Assembly: GCA_027492035.1 (NCBI GenBank)
Contig: JAOZFT010000004.1
Coordinates: 384,001 to 448,000 of the forward strand
Source: Thermoproteota archaeon
GTDB taxonomy: Archaea; Korarchaeota; JAOZGF01; JAOZFZ01
Direction: 5' to 3'
Length of the DNA: 64,000 bases
This document shows positions 50,807 to 60,052 of the stretch, one piece after another (the first letter of the stretch is position 1; the number at the start of each line of letters is the position of its first letter). Under the pieces are notes generated by a model. It was not told where the DNA came from. It did not search any database and saw only the letters and a program-made list of their open reading frames with translations. Made by a program: the position numbers and the translations under genes.

Positions 50807-51856
50807 TTGCAAAAACTGAAGGTAGGAATAGTAGGGTGTGGGGTTGTTTCTAGACGGGCTCACATTCCCGCTTGGTTGAATGAACCCAGGGTTAAAATTA
50901 AGGCATTGGCTGATGTTAATGAGAGGGCATTAATTAAAGCTAAAAAGTTAGTAGGTGAAGTAAAAACATATTCAAATTATTTTGAGCTTTTAAAGGAAGA
51001 TTTGGACATTATAGATATTGCTACTCCTCCGGAAACACATAAAAAAATAATTCTTGATTCTTTAAAGGAAGGGAAACATGTGTTGGTTGAGAAACCTGCT
51101 GTTTTGGAAAGCAGAACCTGTAACTTAATTAATGAATTGGCTCAAAAGAAGGGGTTAGTTGTTGGGGTGATTCAGAATCACCGTTACATACCTGCCGTAA
51201 TCAATGCAAAGGAAACCATAAAGGGGGGGTTAATAGGTAAACCTGTCAGTTTTAATGTTCAACTTTTTCAAGCAATACCGGGAAGCTGGGCTCATTCACT
51301 TTGGCAGTTCTCTTCAGAAAAAGGTGGAGGTTTACTTTTCAACACAGTAATACATGTAATTGATCTACTGATTTGGTTTTTCGGGGAAGTGACTGAGGTT
51401 TACTGCTTAGGAGGTAAATTCTTTGAAGGGCTAGATACTGAAATGTTTATTGAAGCCTTGGTTAAAACTGAAAAAACAGTGGGTTCAATAGAATCAGCAT
51501 TAATAACTGGTTCTTTTTATCATTCAATGGATATAAGAGGCACAGCTGGTTCAATTAACATAGATTTGAGAAACAATTATTTAAGGGTTTCCCATTCCCA
51601 CGTTACACCCTTAGAAGACTTTATACATAGCTCAAAAAAACTGTTTCAAACATTTTACTCATTGGTTAAAGGGAAATATATGGGAGGGTACCTAATTTTT
51701 CATCAACCTTTAATTAAAGATTTTGTTTCCTCTGTCATAGAAAGAAGTGAACCTCCAGTATCTATTCTGGAAGCAAAAAAATCTTTGAAAGCAATAGAAG
51801 CCATGTTCGCTTCACTAACTAAAGGTGAACCTGTTAAATTAAAAGATGAAACTTAA
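50807..51856 (+). CDS. Gfo/Idh/MocA-family oxidoreductase
   Basis: VGIVGCG, IATPP..H, GKHVLVEKP, GGG.L....H.IDL. Confidence 0.92.
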   Translation: MQKLKVGIVGCGVVSRRAHIPAWLNEPRVKIKALADVNERALIKAKKLVGEVKTYSNYFELLKEDLDIIDIATPPETHKKIILDSLKEGKHVLVEKPAVLESRTCNLINELAQKKGLVVGVIQNHRYIPAVINAKETIKGGLIGKPVSFNVQLFQAIPGSWAHSLWQFSSEKGGGLLFNTVIHVIDLLIWFFGEVTEVYCLGGKFFEGLDTEMFIEALVKTEKTVGSIESALITGSFYHSMDIRGTAGSINIDLRNNYLRVSHSHVTPLEDFIHSSKKLFQTFYSLVKGKYMGGYLIFHQPLIKDFVSSVIERSEPPVSILEAKKSLKAIEAMFASLTKGEPVKLKDET

Positions 51857-52550
51857 CAGGTGGTGTTTAACTTTGGAAATCCGAATTTTATCCCATACGC
51901 CAAACCCTGAATTAATAGTTGCTTTGGCTGCGCGTCAAAGCTGGTCTTCAAAAAAAGTAGAGGATTTGAAAAAGGAGTTGACACCTGAAAAAGTTTCCAG
52001 CTTCTTGCGTAAACTCTACAAAATGCATCATCTTTCTCCCTTTGAACATGCAAACTTCACGTTTTTGGTGGAAGGAATTTCTAGGGTTACAAGCCATCAG
52101 CTTGTAAGGCATCGAATAGCCTCCTACACCCAACAAAGTCAGAGACATGTGGAGGTAACTGAGGGAAAATTTGTTGTACCTGAAACAATTAAAAACAAAT
52201 CTTCAACACATAGCCTCTACACTAAAGCAGTGAAGTCTGCAGTTTCTATTTATAAGAAACTTATAAATGAGGGGGTACCTCTTGAAGATGCAAGATACGT
52301 TCTTCCTAGTTCCGTCACAACCAGAATAATTTTCACTATGAACGCGAGAGAACTGCTTCACTTTTTCAAATTAAGAACATGTATAGCTGCTCAATGGGAA
52401 ATAAGGAAAGTAGCAGAAGAAATGCTGAAATTAGTCAAAGAAATAGCACCTAACCTCTTCTACTACGCCGGTCCACCATGTGTAGAAGGTATATGCCCAG
52501 AAAAAAAATTCTGTGAACTTTTCAAAAAATATTACAAGAAAAAGAGTTGA
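51846..52550 (+). CDS. thyX: Flavin-dependent thymidylate synthase
   Basis: HLSPFEH, QLVRHRIASYTQQSQR, EDARYVLP, AQWEIR. Confidence 0.95.
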   Translation: MKLNRWCLTLEIRILSHTPNPELIVALAARQSWSSKKVEDLKKELTPEKVSSFLRKLYKMHHLSPFEHANFTFLVEGISRVTSHQLVRHRIASYTQQSQRHVEVTEGKFVVPETIKNKSSTHSLYTKAVKSAVSIYKKLINEGVPLEDARYVLPSSVTTRIIFTMNARELLHFFKLRTCIAAQWEIRKVAEEMLKLVKEIAPNLFYYAGPPCVEGICPEKKFCELFKKYYKKKS

Positions 52551-52577
52551 AATCTCCCGAAAAAGGGAGGGTCACAT

Positions 52578-53393
52578 TTGAGGTTTGCAGTAAAAATTTT
52601 TTATGACGGAGAAAACTTTAAAGGGTTTCAAAAGCAACCTAATGTACCTACTGTAGAGGATGAAATCCTTAAAGCCCTTAAGGCATGTGGTTTAATTCGC
52701 GACGGAAAAGAAAGCATGTTCAACTATGCAGGGAGAACAGATGCTGGTGTCCACGCTTTAGGACAAGTTATTTCCTTCAACTCCATAAAGGATGAAATCG
52801 ACATTTTCAGTCTAAATGATTACTTACCCTACGAAATAATAGCTTGGGCATATATTGAAGTTGATCCTGATTTTAACGCTAGAAAACATGCCTACTTAAG
52901 ATGGTACAGGTATGTAACTCCTTATAATGGGGAAGAAATAAGCAAGATGAAGGAAGCTGCAAAACTGCTTATTGGCACCCACGACTTCTCCTATCTCTCC
53001 AAACCAGTGAAGGATCAAGTTCAAACGAGAAGAGAAATCAAAACTGCTGTTTTAAGGAAAGAGCATGAAAACATTGTTTTCGACATAACAGGCGCCAGTT
53101 TCCTTTGGAAAATGGTTAGGAAAATCTGGTCAGCCTTGCAAATGGTTGGAAGAAGAGAAATAAGTGTTGAAGACTTCAGAAAGTTACTTGACAAAGAAAA
53201 AAATATACCTTTAACACCTGCAGAGCCTGAAAACTTGGTTTTAATGGATGTTTTTTACGAAATCCCCTTCATAGTCAGTAGCTTTGCAGTTAAAGAAATA
53301 ATTTATTACCTGAAAAAGAAACAAAAGAACCCTAAAGAGAGAAGGCCTGTTTTCCAATCTATTATTGAAGACTTACAAACAAGGATTAAGTAG
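52578..53393 (+). CDS. truA: tRNA pseudouridine(38-40) synthase
   Basis: YDG..F.GFQKQ, AGRTDAGVHA, GTHDF, FLWKMVR. Confidence 0.95.
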   Translation: MRFAVKIFYDGENFKGFQKQPNVPTVEDEILKALKACGLIRDGKESMFNYAGRTDAGVHALGQVISFNSIKDEIDIFSLNDYLPYEIIAWAYIEVDPDFNARKHAYLRWYRYVTPYNGEEISKMKEAAKLLIGTHDFSYLSKPVKDQVQTRREIKTAVLRKEHENIVFDITGASFLWKMVRKIWSALQMVGRREISVEDFRKLLDKEKNIPLTPAEPENLVLMDVFYEIPFIVSSFAVKEIIYYLKKKQKNPKERRPVFQSIIEDLQTRIK

Positions 53394-53481
53394 GTAATGA
53401 AAGGCTTTTTGCAACAAAAACTTTTAAATTTTTGAAGAATGGATATAGGCTGAGAAAATTTTTCTTTCAAGGTGTTTCTAA

Positions 53482-54639
53482 TTGATAGGTAAATACGACT
53501 TAATAGTTGTGGGTGCAGGACCTGCAGGCTTAGCTGCTGCTGGAAAAGCTGCTGAAGAAGGGCTAAAAACAATTATTTTAGAGAAACATAACGGCATAAA
53601 GGCTTGGAAACCATGTGCAGAGGGAGTAAGCAAACCAACATTTAAAACAGCAGATATAGAACCGGAAGAAAAAATTATCGATAACGTTACTTCAGCAAGA
53701 GTTTACGCTCCGAATGGCAAATATATAGATATAAATGAGGAAGGGTATAACATCAATAAATCAGCTTTCCTTTTTGAAATGGCTAAAAAAGCAGCTGAAG
53801 CAGGGGCTGAATTAAAAGTAAACACTCCTGTACACAGTGTATATTTCCAAGAAGGCAAAGTTTCAGGTGTCACTACCTCTAAAGGAAAAATATACGGGGA
53901 AATAGTAATTGGAGCTGATGGAATTTATTCAGTAATAGCTAAAACAGCTAATTTCAACAGGGAAGGATACGAGTTGATACCTGTTCAACAGTATAAACTA
54001 ATTAATGCTTCTATTAAGGAACCAAACGTGGCTAGGATTTATTTAGGTAAAGAAATAGCTCCCTTAGGTTACGCTTGGATTTTCCCAAAAAGCAGTAAAG
54101 TGGCTAATGTTGGGTTAGGTGTCCGAGGCAAGCCCGTTACATTCTATATGAAAAAGCTCTTGAAAGACCATCGGGATGAATTTAAACACTCTCAAATAGT
54201 TGAAATTGCAGGTGGAGCTGTGCCAATAAGCGGTTTAACTAAAGAAGTAGTGAAGGATCGCATTATTCTTGTAGGAGATGCTTCTGGTACAGTTATACCT
54301 TTCACTGGAGCCGGTATTCATTCCTCAATAGCTGCAGGTATTACAGCAGCTGAAGTTTCAGCTGAAGCCATAAGTGAAGAGAACCCTTCCAAAGACAATT
54401 TAAAAAAGTTTATTGAACGTTACAACAAATACTGGGGAACTAGAATAAAGAAAAGCTATAGGGTAATGAAACTTTTCGAAAAATTATCTGACAACGACTT
54501 AAATGAATTAGCTGAGGTCTTAACTCAGCAAGATGTCATAGACTTAGCAAACGGGTTTAACCCTAGAAGAGTAGCTAAGAAATTGCTTAAAAAACCTATA
54601 TTTGGTGCTAAGTTGGCATCCAAACTTTTCTCTGTTTAA
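53482..54639 (+). CDS. Geranylgeranyl reductase family (digeranylgeranylglycerophospholipid reductase-like)
   Basis: VGAGPAG, KPCAEG, GADG, PLGYAWIFPK, VGDA. Confidence 0.9.
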   Translation: MIGKYDLIVVGAGPAGLAAAGKAAEEGLKTIILEKHNGIKAWKPCAEGVSKPTFKTADIEPEEKIIDNVTSARVYAPNGKYIDINEEGYNINKSAFLFEMAKKAAEAGAELKVNTPVHSVYFQEGKVSGVTTSKGKIYGEIVIGADGIYSVIAKTANFNREGYELIPVQQYKLINASIKEPNVARIYLGKEIAPLGYAWIFPKSSKVANVGLGVRGKPVTFYMKKLLKDHRDEFKHSQIVEIAGGAVPISGLTKEVVKDRIILVGDASGTVIPFTGAGIHSSIAAGITAAEVSAEAISEENPSKDNLKKFIERYNKYWGTRIKKSYRVMKLFEKLSDNDLNELAEVLTQQDVIDLANGFNPRRVAKKLLKKPIFGAKLASKLFSV

Positions 54640-54651
54640 AGAGGTGTTTCT

Positions 54652-55764
54652 ATGGAGAAACTGAATAAGTTACTTTTGTTTGAATTACATAAAAACCTTA
54701 ACGCTAAATTTTTTGAGTTTGCAGGTTGGAAGATGCCTTCCCAATATTATAAACCCAGTCAAGAACACCTAGCTGTTAGAAAAAGTGTTGGAATCTTTGA
54801 TGTCTCCCACATGGGAAGATTCAGGTTCAAAGGAGGCAAGGTGAAGGAGTTCATTCAATATTTAACAACCAATGATGCAAGGCTTTTAGAAGAGAGAGCA
54901 ATGTATACCTTAATTTGTCGTGAAAATGGCGGAATAATTGACGACGCAATCTTTTTTAAGGACAGCAAAGGTTTTGGGGTTGTTGTTAATGCTTCAAACA
55001 GAGAAAAGGACTATAATTGGTTCCTGAAAAACGCTAAAGATTTCAGTGTAGAAGTGAAGGACTTAACTTTTGATTCCGTAATGCTTGCTGTTCAAGGACC
55101 TAAAGCGGAGGCAACCTTGCAAAAATTAACAGATTTTGAACTTGTTAAAATGAAAAGATTCGGACAGGCTGAGATTAAACTAGTGAACTTACCAGTTAAT
55201 ATAACGCGAACTGGCTATACAGGCGAAGACGGTTTCGAAATAATATTTTGGAAAGCTTCAAAAAACATTAACCAAGCTTTTAACCTTTTTGAAGAGATAC
55301 TGAACGCAGGGAAGGAATACGAAATTAAACCATGCGGTTTAATAGCTAGAGATACTTTGAGACTTGAAGCGGGAATGGTTCTTTACGATCACGATATTAA
55401 CGAATCCATAACTCCTTTAGAAGCTAACTTAGGCTTTGTGGTTAAATTCAACTTTGGTTCTTTCATAGGGAAAGAGAAACTAATGGAGCAAAGTAAAAAG
55501 GGGGTTGAAAAAATAAGGGTAGGTTTTGAAATGATTGAAAGAGGATTTCCAAGGCCTGGAGACAAAATATATAGCAAAGAAAGGGTTGAAATAGGGGCGG
55601 TGACAAGTTCAGGCAAACCACCCACTTGTAAGAATCCCATAGGGATGGGTTATGTAAAACTGCGCTACAGCGAACCCGGCGAAAAAATATTTATTGAAAC
55701 TAAGACAGGCGTTAAGAAAGCGAAAATAACTAAGCTCCCTTTCTGTGCACTTAAAAGAATTTAA
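54652..55764 (+). CDS. gcvT: Glycine cleavage system T protein
   Basis: FAGWKMP, FDVSHMG, TRTGYTGEDGFE, RDTLRLEAG. Confidence 0.96.
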   Translation: MEKLNKLLLFELHKNLNAKFFEFAGWKMPSQYYKPSQEHLAVRKSVGIFDVSHMGRFRFKGGKVKEFIQYLTTNDARLLEERAMYTLICRENGGIIDDAIFFKDSKGFGVVVNASNREKDYNWFLKNAKDFSVEVKDLTFDSVMLAVQGPKAEATLQKLTDFELVKMKRFGQAEIKLVNLPVNITRTGYTGEDGFEIIFWKASKNINQAFNLFEEILNAGKEYEIKPCGLIARDTLRLEAGMVLYDHDINESITPLEANLGFVVKFNFGSFIGKEKLMEQSKKGVEKIRVGFEMIERGFPRPGDKIYSKERVEIGAVTSSGKPPTCKNPIGMGYVKLRYSEPGEKIFIETKTGVKKAKITKLPFCALKRI

Positions 55765-55986
55765 AATAACTTAGAAAAAAGAAATTCAGAATTTTTTCCT
55801 TGAATTGAAAAATTCCTGTTTTAAATTTTTCATTAAACAAAGTTCAATTATTTCTCGATATCTACTCTTCTTCTTCATTTCTTCTTTGAAAAAATGTTCA
55901 TTATAAAGGTTGTCTATTTTATTTTTTTATTTTTTTAGCGCTAAAATTAAATAATTTAAAAGAAAGGCTACAATTTGGTGCTCTAA

Positions 55987-57333
55987 GTGAAAATAAGGTT
56001 TCCGAAAATAGTTGTTACACCGCCAGGGCCACGTGCCAGAGAGCTTTTAAAAGCAGATAGGAAATATATCTCCCCGAGTTATGTAAGATGGTTCCCTTTA
56101 GTGGTGGAAACAGGTAAAGGAGCCATTATTAAAGATGTAGATGGAAATGAATACATAGACTTTAATGCAGGAATAGCTGTCTTAGCCTTAGGTCTATCCA
56201 ATGAAGAAATCAATGAAGTAGTTTGTAAACAGGTGAAGAAGTTAATCCATTACTCTAACACTGACTTTTATTATGAACCATCAATAAGATTAGCTGAAAA
56301 ATTGACTAAAATAACCCCCGGCTCCGCAGAAAAAAAGGTTTATTTCGGAAACAGTGGAACAGAAGCCGTTGAAGCTGCAATTAAGTTAGCTCGTTGGCAT
56401 ACTACTAAAAGCCGTATAATAGCTTTCATAGGTGCTTTTCACGGAAGGACTCTGGGATCCCTAAGTTTAACTGCCAGTAAGACTGTTCAAAGGGCCAGGT
56501 TCAGCCCTTTTATACCAAACGTAACACATGTCCCTTACCCTTACTGTTACAGGTGTCCCTTCAACTTAGAACCTGAAAGTTGCAACTACTACTGTGTCGA
56601 TTTTATTGAGGAATGGGTTTTAGAAAAGTATGTACCACCCGAGGAAGTAGCAGCTATAATTTTTGAACCGATCCAAGGTGAAGGAGGATATATAGTTCCG
56701 CCAATCGGTTACTTTAGGAAATTGAAGAAACTTGCAGACAAGTACGGAATATTACTTATCGACGATGAAGTTCAAGCTGGAATGGGTAGGACAGGTAGAT
56801 GGTGGGCTATTGAACATTACGATGTAATTCCTGACATTATTTGCAGCGCCAAAGCCTTAGCTAATGGCTTACCTTTAGGTGCAGCAATAGCTAAAGCTGA
56901 AATTATGGATTGGCCTGGAGGTTCTCATGCAAGTACATTTGGGGGTAACCCGGTGGCGTGCGCGGCGGGATTAAAGGTTTTAGAGATAATGGAGAAAGAA
57001 AATTTGCTTTCACATGTAAAGGAAATGGGGAATTATTTATTGGCAAGATTCAAAGAAATGAAGGAGAACTATGAAATAATCGGAGATGTGCGTGGTAAAG
57101 GGTTAATGATAGGGGTTGAGTTAGTTAGAGACAGGGAAAAAAAGACCTATGCAAAAAAGGAAGCTGAGGAAATAATAACTGAAAGTTGGAAAAGAGGACT
57201 GGCAATCATCACTGCAGGTGTGTCAACTTTAAGAATTTCACCTCCCTTGATAATATCTAAAGAACTTGTTGATACAGGACTTGAAATTTTGGAGGGCCAA
57301 ATAAAGGAGGTAAACAAAAAAATCTTCCCTTAA
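55987..57333 (+). CDS. Class III PLP aminotransferase (4-aminobutyrate/acetylornithine-like)
   Basis: SGTEA, AFHGRT, EPIQGEGG, DEVQAGMGRTG, SAKALANG. Confidence 0.93.
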   Translation: MKIRFPKIVVTPPGPRARELLKADRKYISPSYVRWFPLVVETGKGAIIKDVDGNEYIDFNAGIAVLALGLSNEEINEVVCKQVKKLIHYSNTDFYYEPSIRLAEKLTKITPGSAEKKVYFGNSGTEAVEAAIKLARWHTTKSRIIAFIGAFHGRTLGSLSLTASKTVQRARFSPFIPNVTHVPYPYCYRCPFNLEPESCNYYCVDFIEEWVLEKYVPPEEVAAIIFEPIQGEGGYIVPPIGYFRKLKKLADKYGILLIDDEVQAGMGRTGRWWAIEHYDVIPDIICSAKALANGLPLGAAIAKAEIMDWPGGSHASTFGGNPVACAAGLKVLEIMEKENLLSHVKEMGNYLLARFKEMKENYEIIGDVRGKGLMIGVELVRDREKKTYAKKEAEEIITESWKRGLAIITAGVSTLRISPPLIISKELVDTGLEILEGQIKEVNKKIFP

Positions 57334-57404
57334 CTTTTTTTGAGCTCCTTTACTTTTAAAGGGTTTTCTTTTCCTATAGCCACCAGAAAATTTAATTGTG
57401 AGGT

Positions 57405-58758
57405 CTACTTTCTAATTTTTATGTATTGGTAGGCTTCAGCAGCTGTCTCGAAACAGTAATGTACCTCTTGGAAGCTTTTTTTGAATTCTTTTACATCATT
57501 TAATACTTTCTCAGGTTTCTCTTTGTCTATTATTACTCTTTTCATAAAGTCTGCAATTTCCTCCATGTCTTGTTCCTTCATCCCTAGCCTTGTAACTTCA
57601 CTTGTACCTAGTCTTATTCCGCCTGGATGCTCGTAATGTCTCCCTTCCCGAATATCCCAGGGTAAAAGGTTTCTATTAACTATTATGTTTGCCTTTTCCA
57701 GTTCTTTTTCAATTGCTGCACCATCTCCATACTCCGAAATATCTACGAGTAATGTATGACTCTCAGTGAACCCTTTGTCAGCTGCTACCACCTTGAAGCC
57801 TCTCTCATAAAGTGATTCCCCAAGTTTTTTTGCGTTCCTAATTATTTGTTTTGCGTATTCTTTTCCAAACTTTAGGTGCTCAGTTAAAGCTATAGATAAA
57901 GCTGCTACGCAGTTTAAGTGGTGGTTACTCACTAGCCCAGGGAAAGTAGCTCTTTTAATTTCCTCGAAACACTCCTTTTTCCCTACAACCATCCCATGTT
58001 GAGGACCTGGTAAAGTCTTGTGGGTTGACATTGAAATCACGGCTGCTCCTTCCCGCAGAGGGTCCTGAAACAAACCTGCCCCTATTAAGCCCGCTACATG
58101 AGCTGCATCATAAGCCATAACTGAACCTACTTCTTGAGCTGTTTCGACGAACTCTTTCACTGGATGTGGAAACAAGAATACACTCCCTCCAAACATTAAC
58201 AGTTTAGGTTTCTCCCTCTTTATCTTTTTTATGGATTTATCTACGTCAATGTTCATTTCTTCTTCATTGAATTCGAAGTATTCCACGTTTAATCCTTTCA
58301 CAGCACCTGCTGTGCCTCCTATGAATGAACCAGTTTTTGATTTTAAAGGACCAGCTGAAATATGTCCCCCCTTACTTATAGGTAAGGCGAAAATTTTGTC
58401 TCCTGGTTCGGTGAAGGCCGTATAGACAACTAAATTGGCCACAACACCAGAAATAGGTCTTACGTCAGCAAATTCTGACCGGAAAAGTTCTTTAGCTAAC
58501 TCAATAGTTATTTCTTCCACTTCATCTATATATTTGCAGCCTGCATAAACTCTCTCTCCGGGCCAACCCTGCAGAAGCCCTTAGTTTTCATCTAAGGACT
58601 TACTCTGCGTATCTGTGCCCGAAGTCAGAAACTAATGCCTCTCTGACAGCTGGACTCGTCACATTTTCACTGGCAATTAAAGGGATGGCATCTATAAACC
58701 ATTCATGATGTTTCTTCAACAAATCGAAAATTCTTCTGTAACTTTCTTCAGGTTCCAA
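57405..58758 (-). CDS. glyA: Serine hydroxymethyltransferase, 439 aa, split by a 34-nt BHB intron; join(58603..58758,57405..58568)
   Basis: Exon 1 (TTG start after a GGTGA SD) reads ...PLIASEN..SDFGHRYAE. Exon 2 reads GWPGERVYAGCKYIDEVE...YDAAH...STHKT...GIRLGT. Confidence 0.93.
58569..58602 (-). other. BHB mRNA intron in glyA
   Basis: mRNA AC-GCAG-AG^U-AAGUCCUUAG-AUGAAAA-CUAAGGGCUU-CUGC-AG^G-GU, plus a distal UUCGGGC/GCCCGGA exon stem. Confidence 0.92.
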
Positions 58759-58895
58759 ATTCCATCACCATCCTTTAAAAATCCTTCAAACTTAAATGAT
58801 TCCCTTCAAAACCTTTATATTTTTATGTTTTCTAATAAGGATTGAGAAATTACCTAAATTCCTTCAATTTTTTTCTCTGAAAACCTATCTAAGCT

Positions 58896-60032
58896 TTGGA
58901 AAATATGTCAGAGGTTAAAAAAATGGCGGAAGCCGAAGTTACTTTAAGCGGTGAACTAAAAGGGAGAAAGGTATTCTTAGAAGGTCCAAAAAAGTCCATA
59001 CAAGAGTACATAAATAAAGGCTTTGGTTATTGGGAGGCTGACTCTGAAACTTTAGAGCTTCACCTCATAGAAGCCCTTTATCTCCTAGAAAAAAATAAGA
59101 TAAATCTTTATAAAGGGGAAAAACAGTTGGAAAGGAGCGATTTACTTAATGAATTGAAGGAGAACGAAAATGATTTCTTAAGATACCTTGTTTACAAAGA
59201 TTTAAGGGATAGAGGGAGGATAGTAAAGATTGGACCCTTAGATTTCCTTAGGCTCTTTGTTGGCCAGTATAAACCTGAGGATTCTGTTTCAAGATATTTT
59301 ATTTTCGCTTTATCTGAAGAAAAGCCTATGCTGTTTCAAACACTTACGAAGTTAATAAACGAAAGCTCGAAACTTAGGAAAGAACTACTGTTAGCCATAG
59401 TCAACGATGAAGGAATAATCTCTTACTATGTTACACGGAAAATAGATATTTTATCAATTGATGTTCCACATTTAGATTTTGAAAATGTTGAAGCTTACCT
59501 GTACGGTGACCGTTTAGTCATTTGGAACATAGAAAAAGCCAGAGAACTGTATGAGAAAGGTTTTTTCGGGCATCCGATAGGGATAAGGAAACCTAAATCC
59601 TTTGAGTTTGAACAACCATCTCTCCTGTCTCTCTACGAAGCCCATTACTTGCTGAAAAAGAAAAAAATAAAAGTCATCGACCCAAAAAACGGTAAAGAAC
59701 TGGATCTGGAATCTTTCGTAGAGAAAGCTAAAAGTTTAAGGGAAAGGTTTGACATACGTTGTCAAGTATATGACTACTGGCGTGACAAGGGCTATGTGGT
59801 GAAAAGTGGTTCACTGTACGGTGTAGACTTTATAATCTATTTAAGAGGCCCTGGAATGGATGAACATTCAAAGTACATGAACCATGTTTATTCAGAAAGT
59901 TCAAGTTTCATACCCTTAGAAATTATTAGGGCGGGAAGAGTAGCTACTACTGTAAGGAAAAAACTAATCTTATCTTTATTAAACAAAAAGGGGGAGATAA
60001 ACTTTTACAAGTTTTCTTGGCATAAACCTTAA
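58896..60032 (+). CDS. endA: tRNA-splicing endonuclease EndA, two-unit (structural plus catalytic) fusion
   Basis: Two EndA repeats (LIEALYL..YLVYKDLRDRG; LYEAHYL..VY..WRDKGYVVKSG..YGVDF). Catalytic Y/H/K present only in the C-terminal unit. Confidence 0.93.
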   Translation: MENMSEVKKMAEAEVTLSGELKGRKVFLEGPKKSIQEYINKGFGYWEADSETLELHLIEALYLLEKNKINLYKGEKQLERSDLLNELKENENDFLRYLVYKDLRDRGRIVKIGPLDFLRLFVGQYKPEDSVSRYFIFALSEEKPMLFQTLTKLINESSKLRKELLLAIVNDEGIISYYVTRKIDILSIDVPHLDFENVEAYLYGDRLVIWNIEKARELYEKGFFGHPIGIRKPKSFEFEQPSLLSLYEAHYLLKKKKIKVIDPKNGKELDLESFVEKAKSLRERFDIRCQVYDYWRDKGYVVKSGSLYGVDFIIYLRGPGMDEHSKYMNHVYSESSSFIPLEIIRAGRVATTVRKKLILSLLNKKGEINFYKFSWHKP

Positions 60033-60052
60033 AGAACGATTTCGGTGAGCAA

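Noticed and set aside
57405-58758. glyA (and rpoN) as frameshifted pseudogenes or sequencing errors
   Set aside because: The inserts are 34 and 22 nt, not homopolymer slips. They form full BHB motifs, and canonical cleavage restores conserved motifs exactly with no other lesions.
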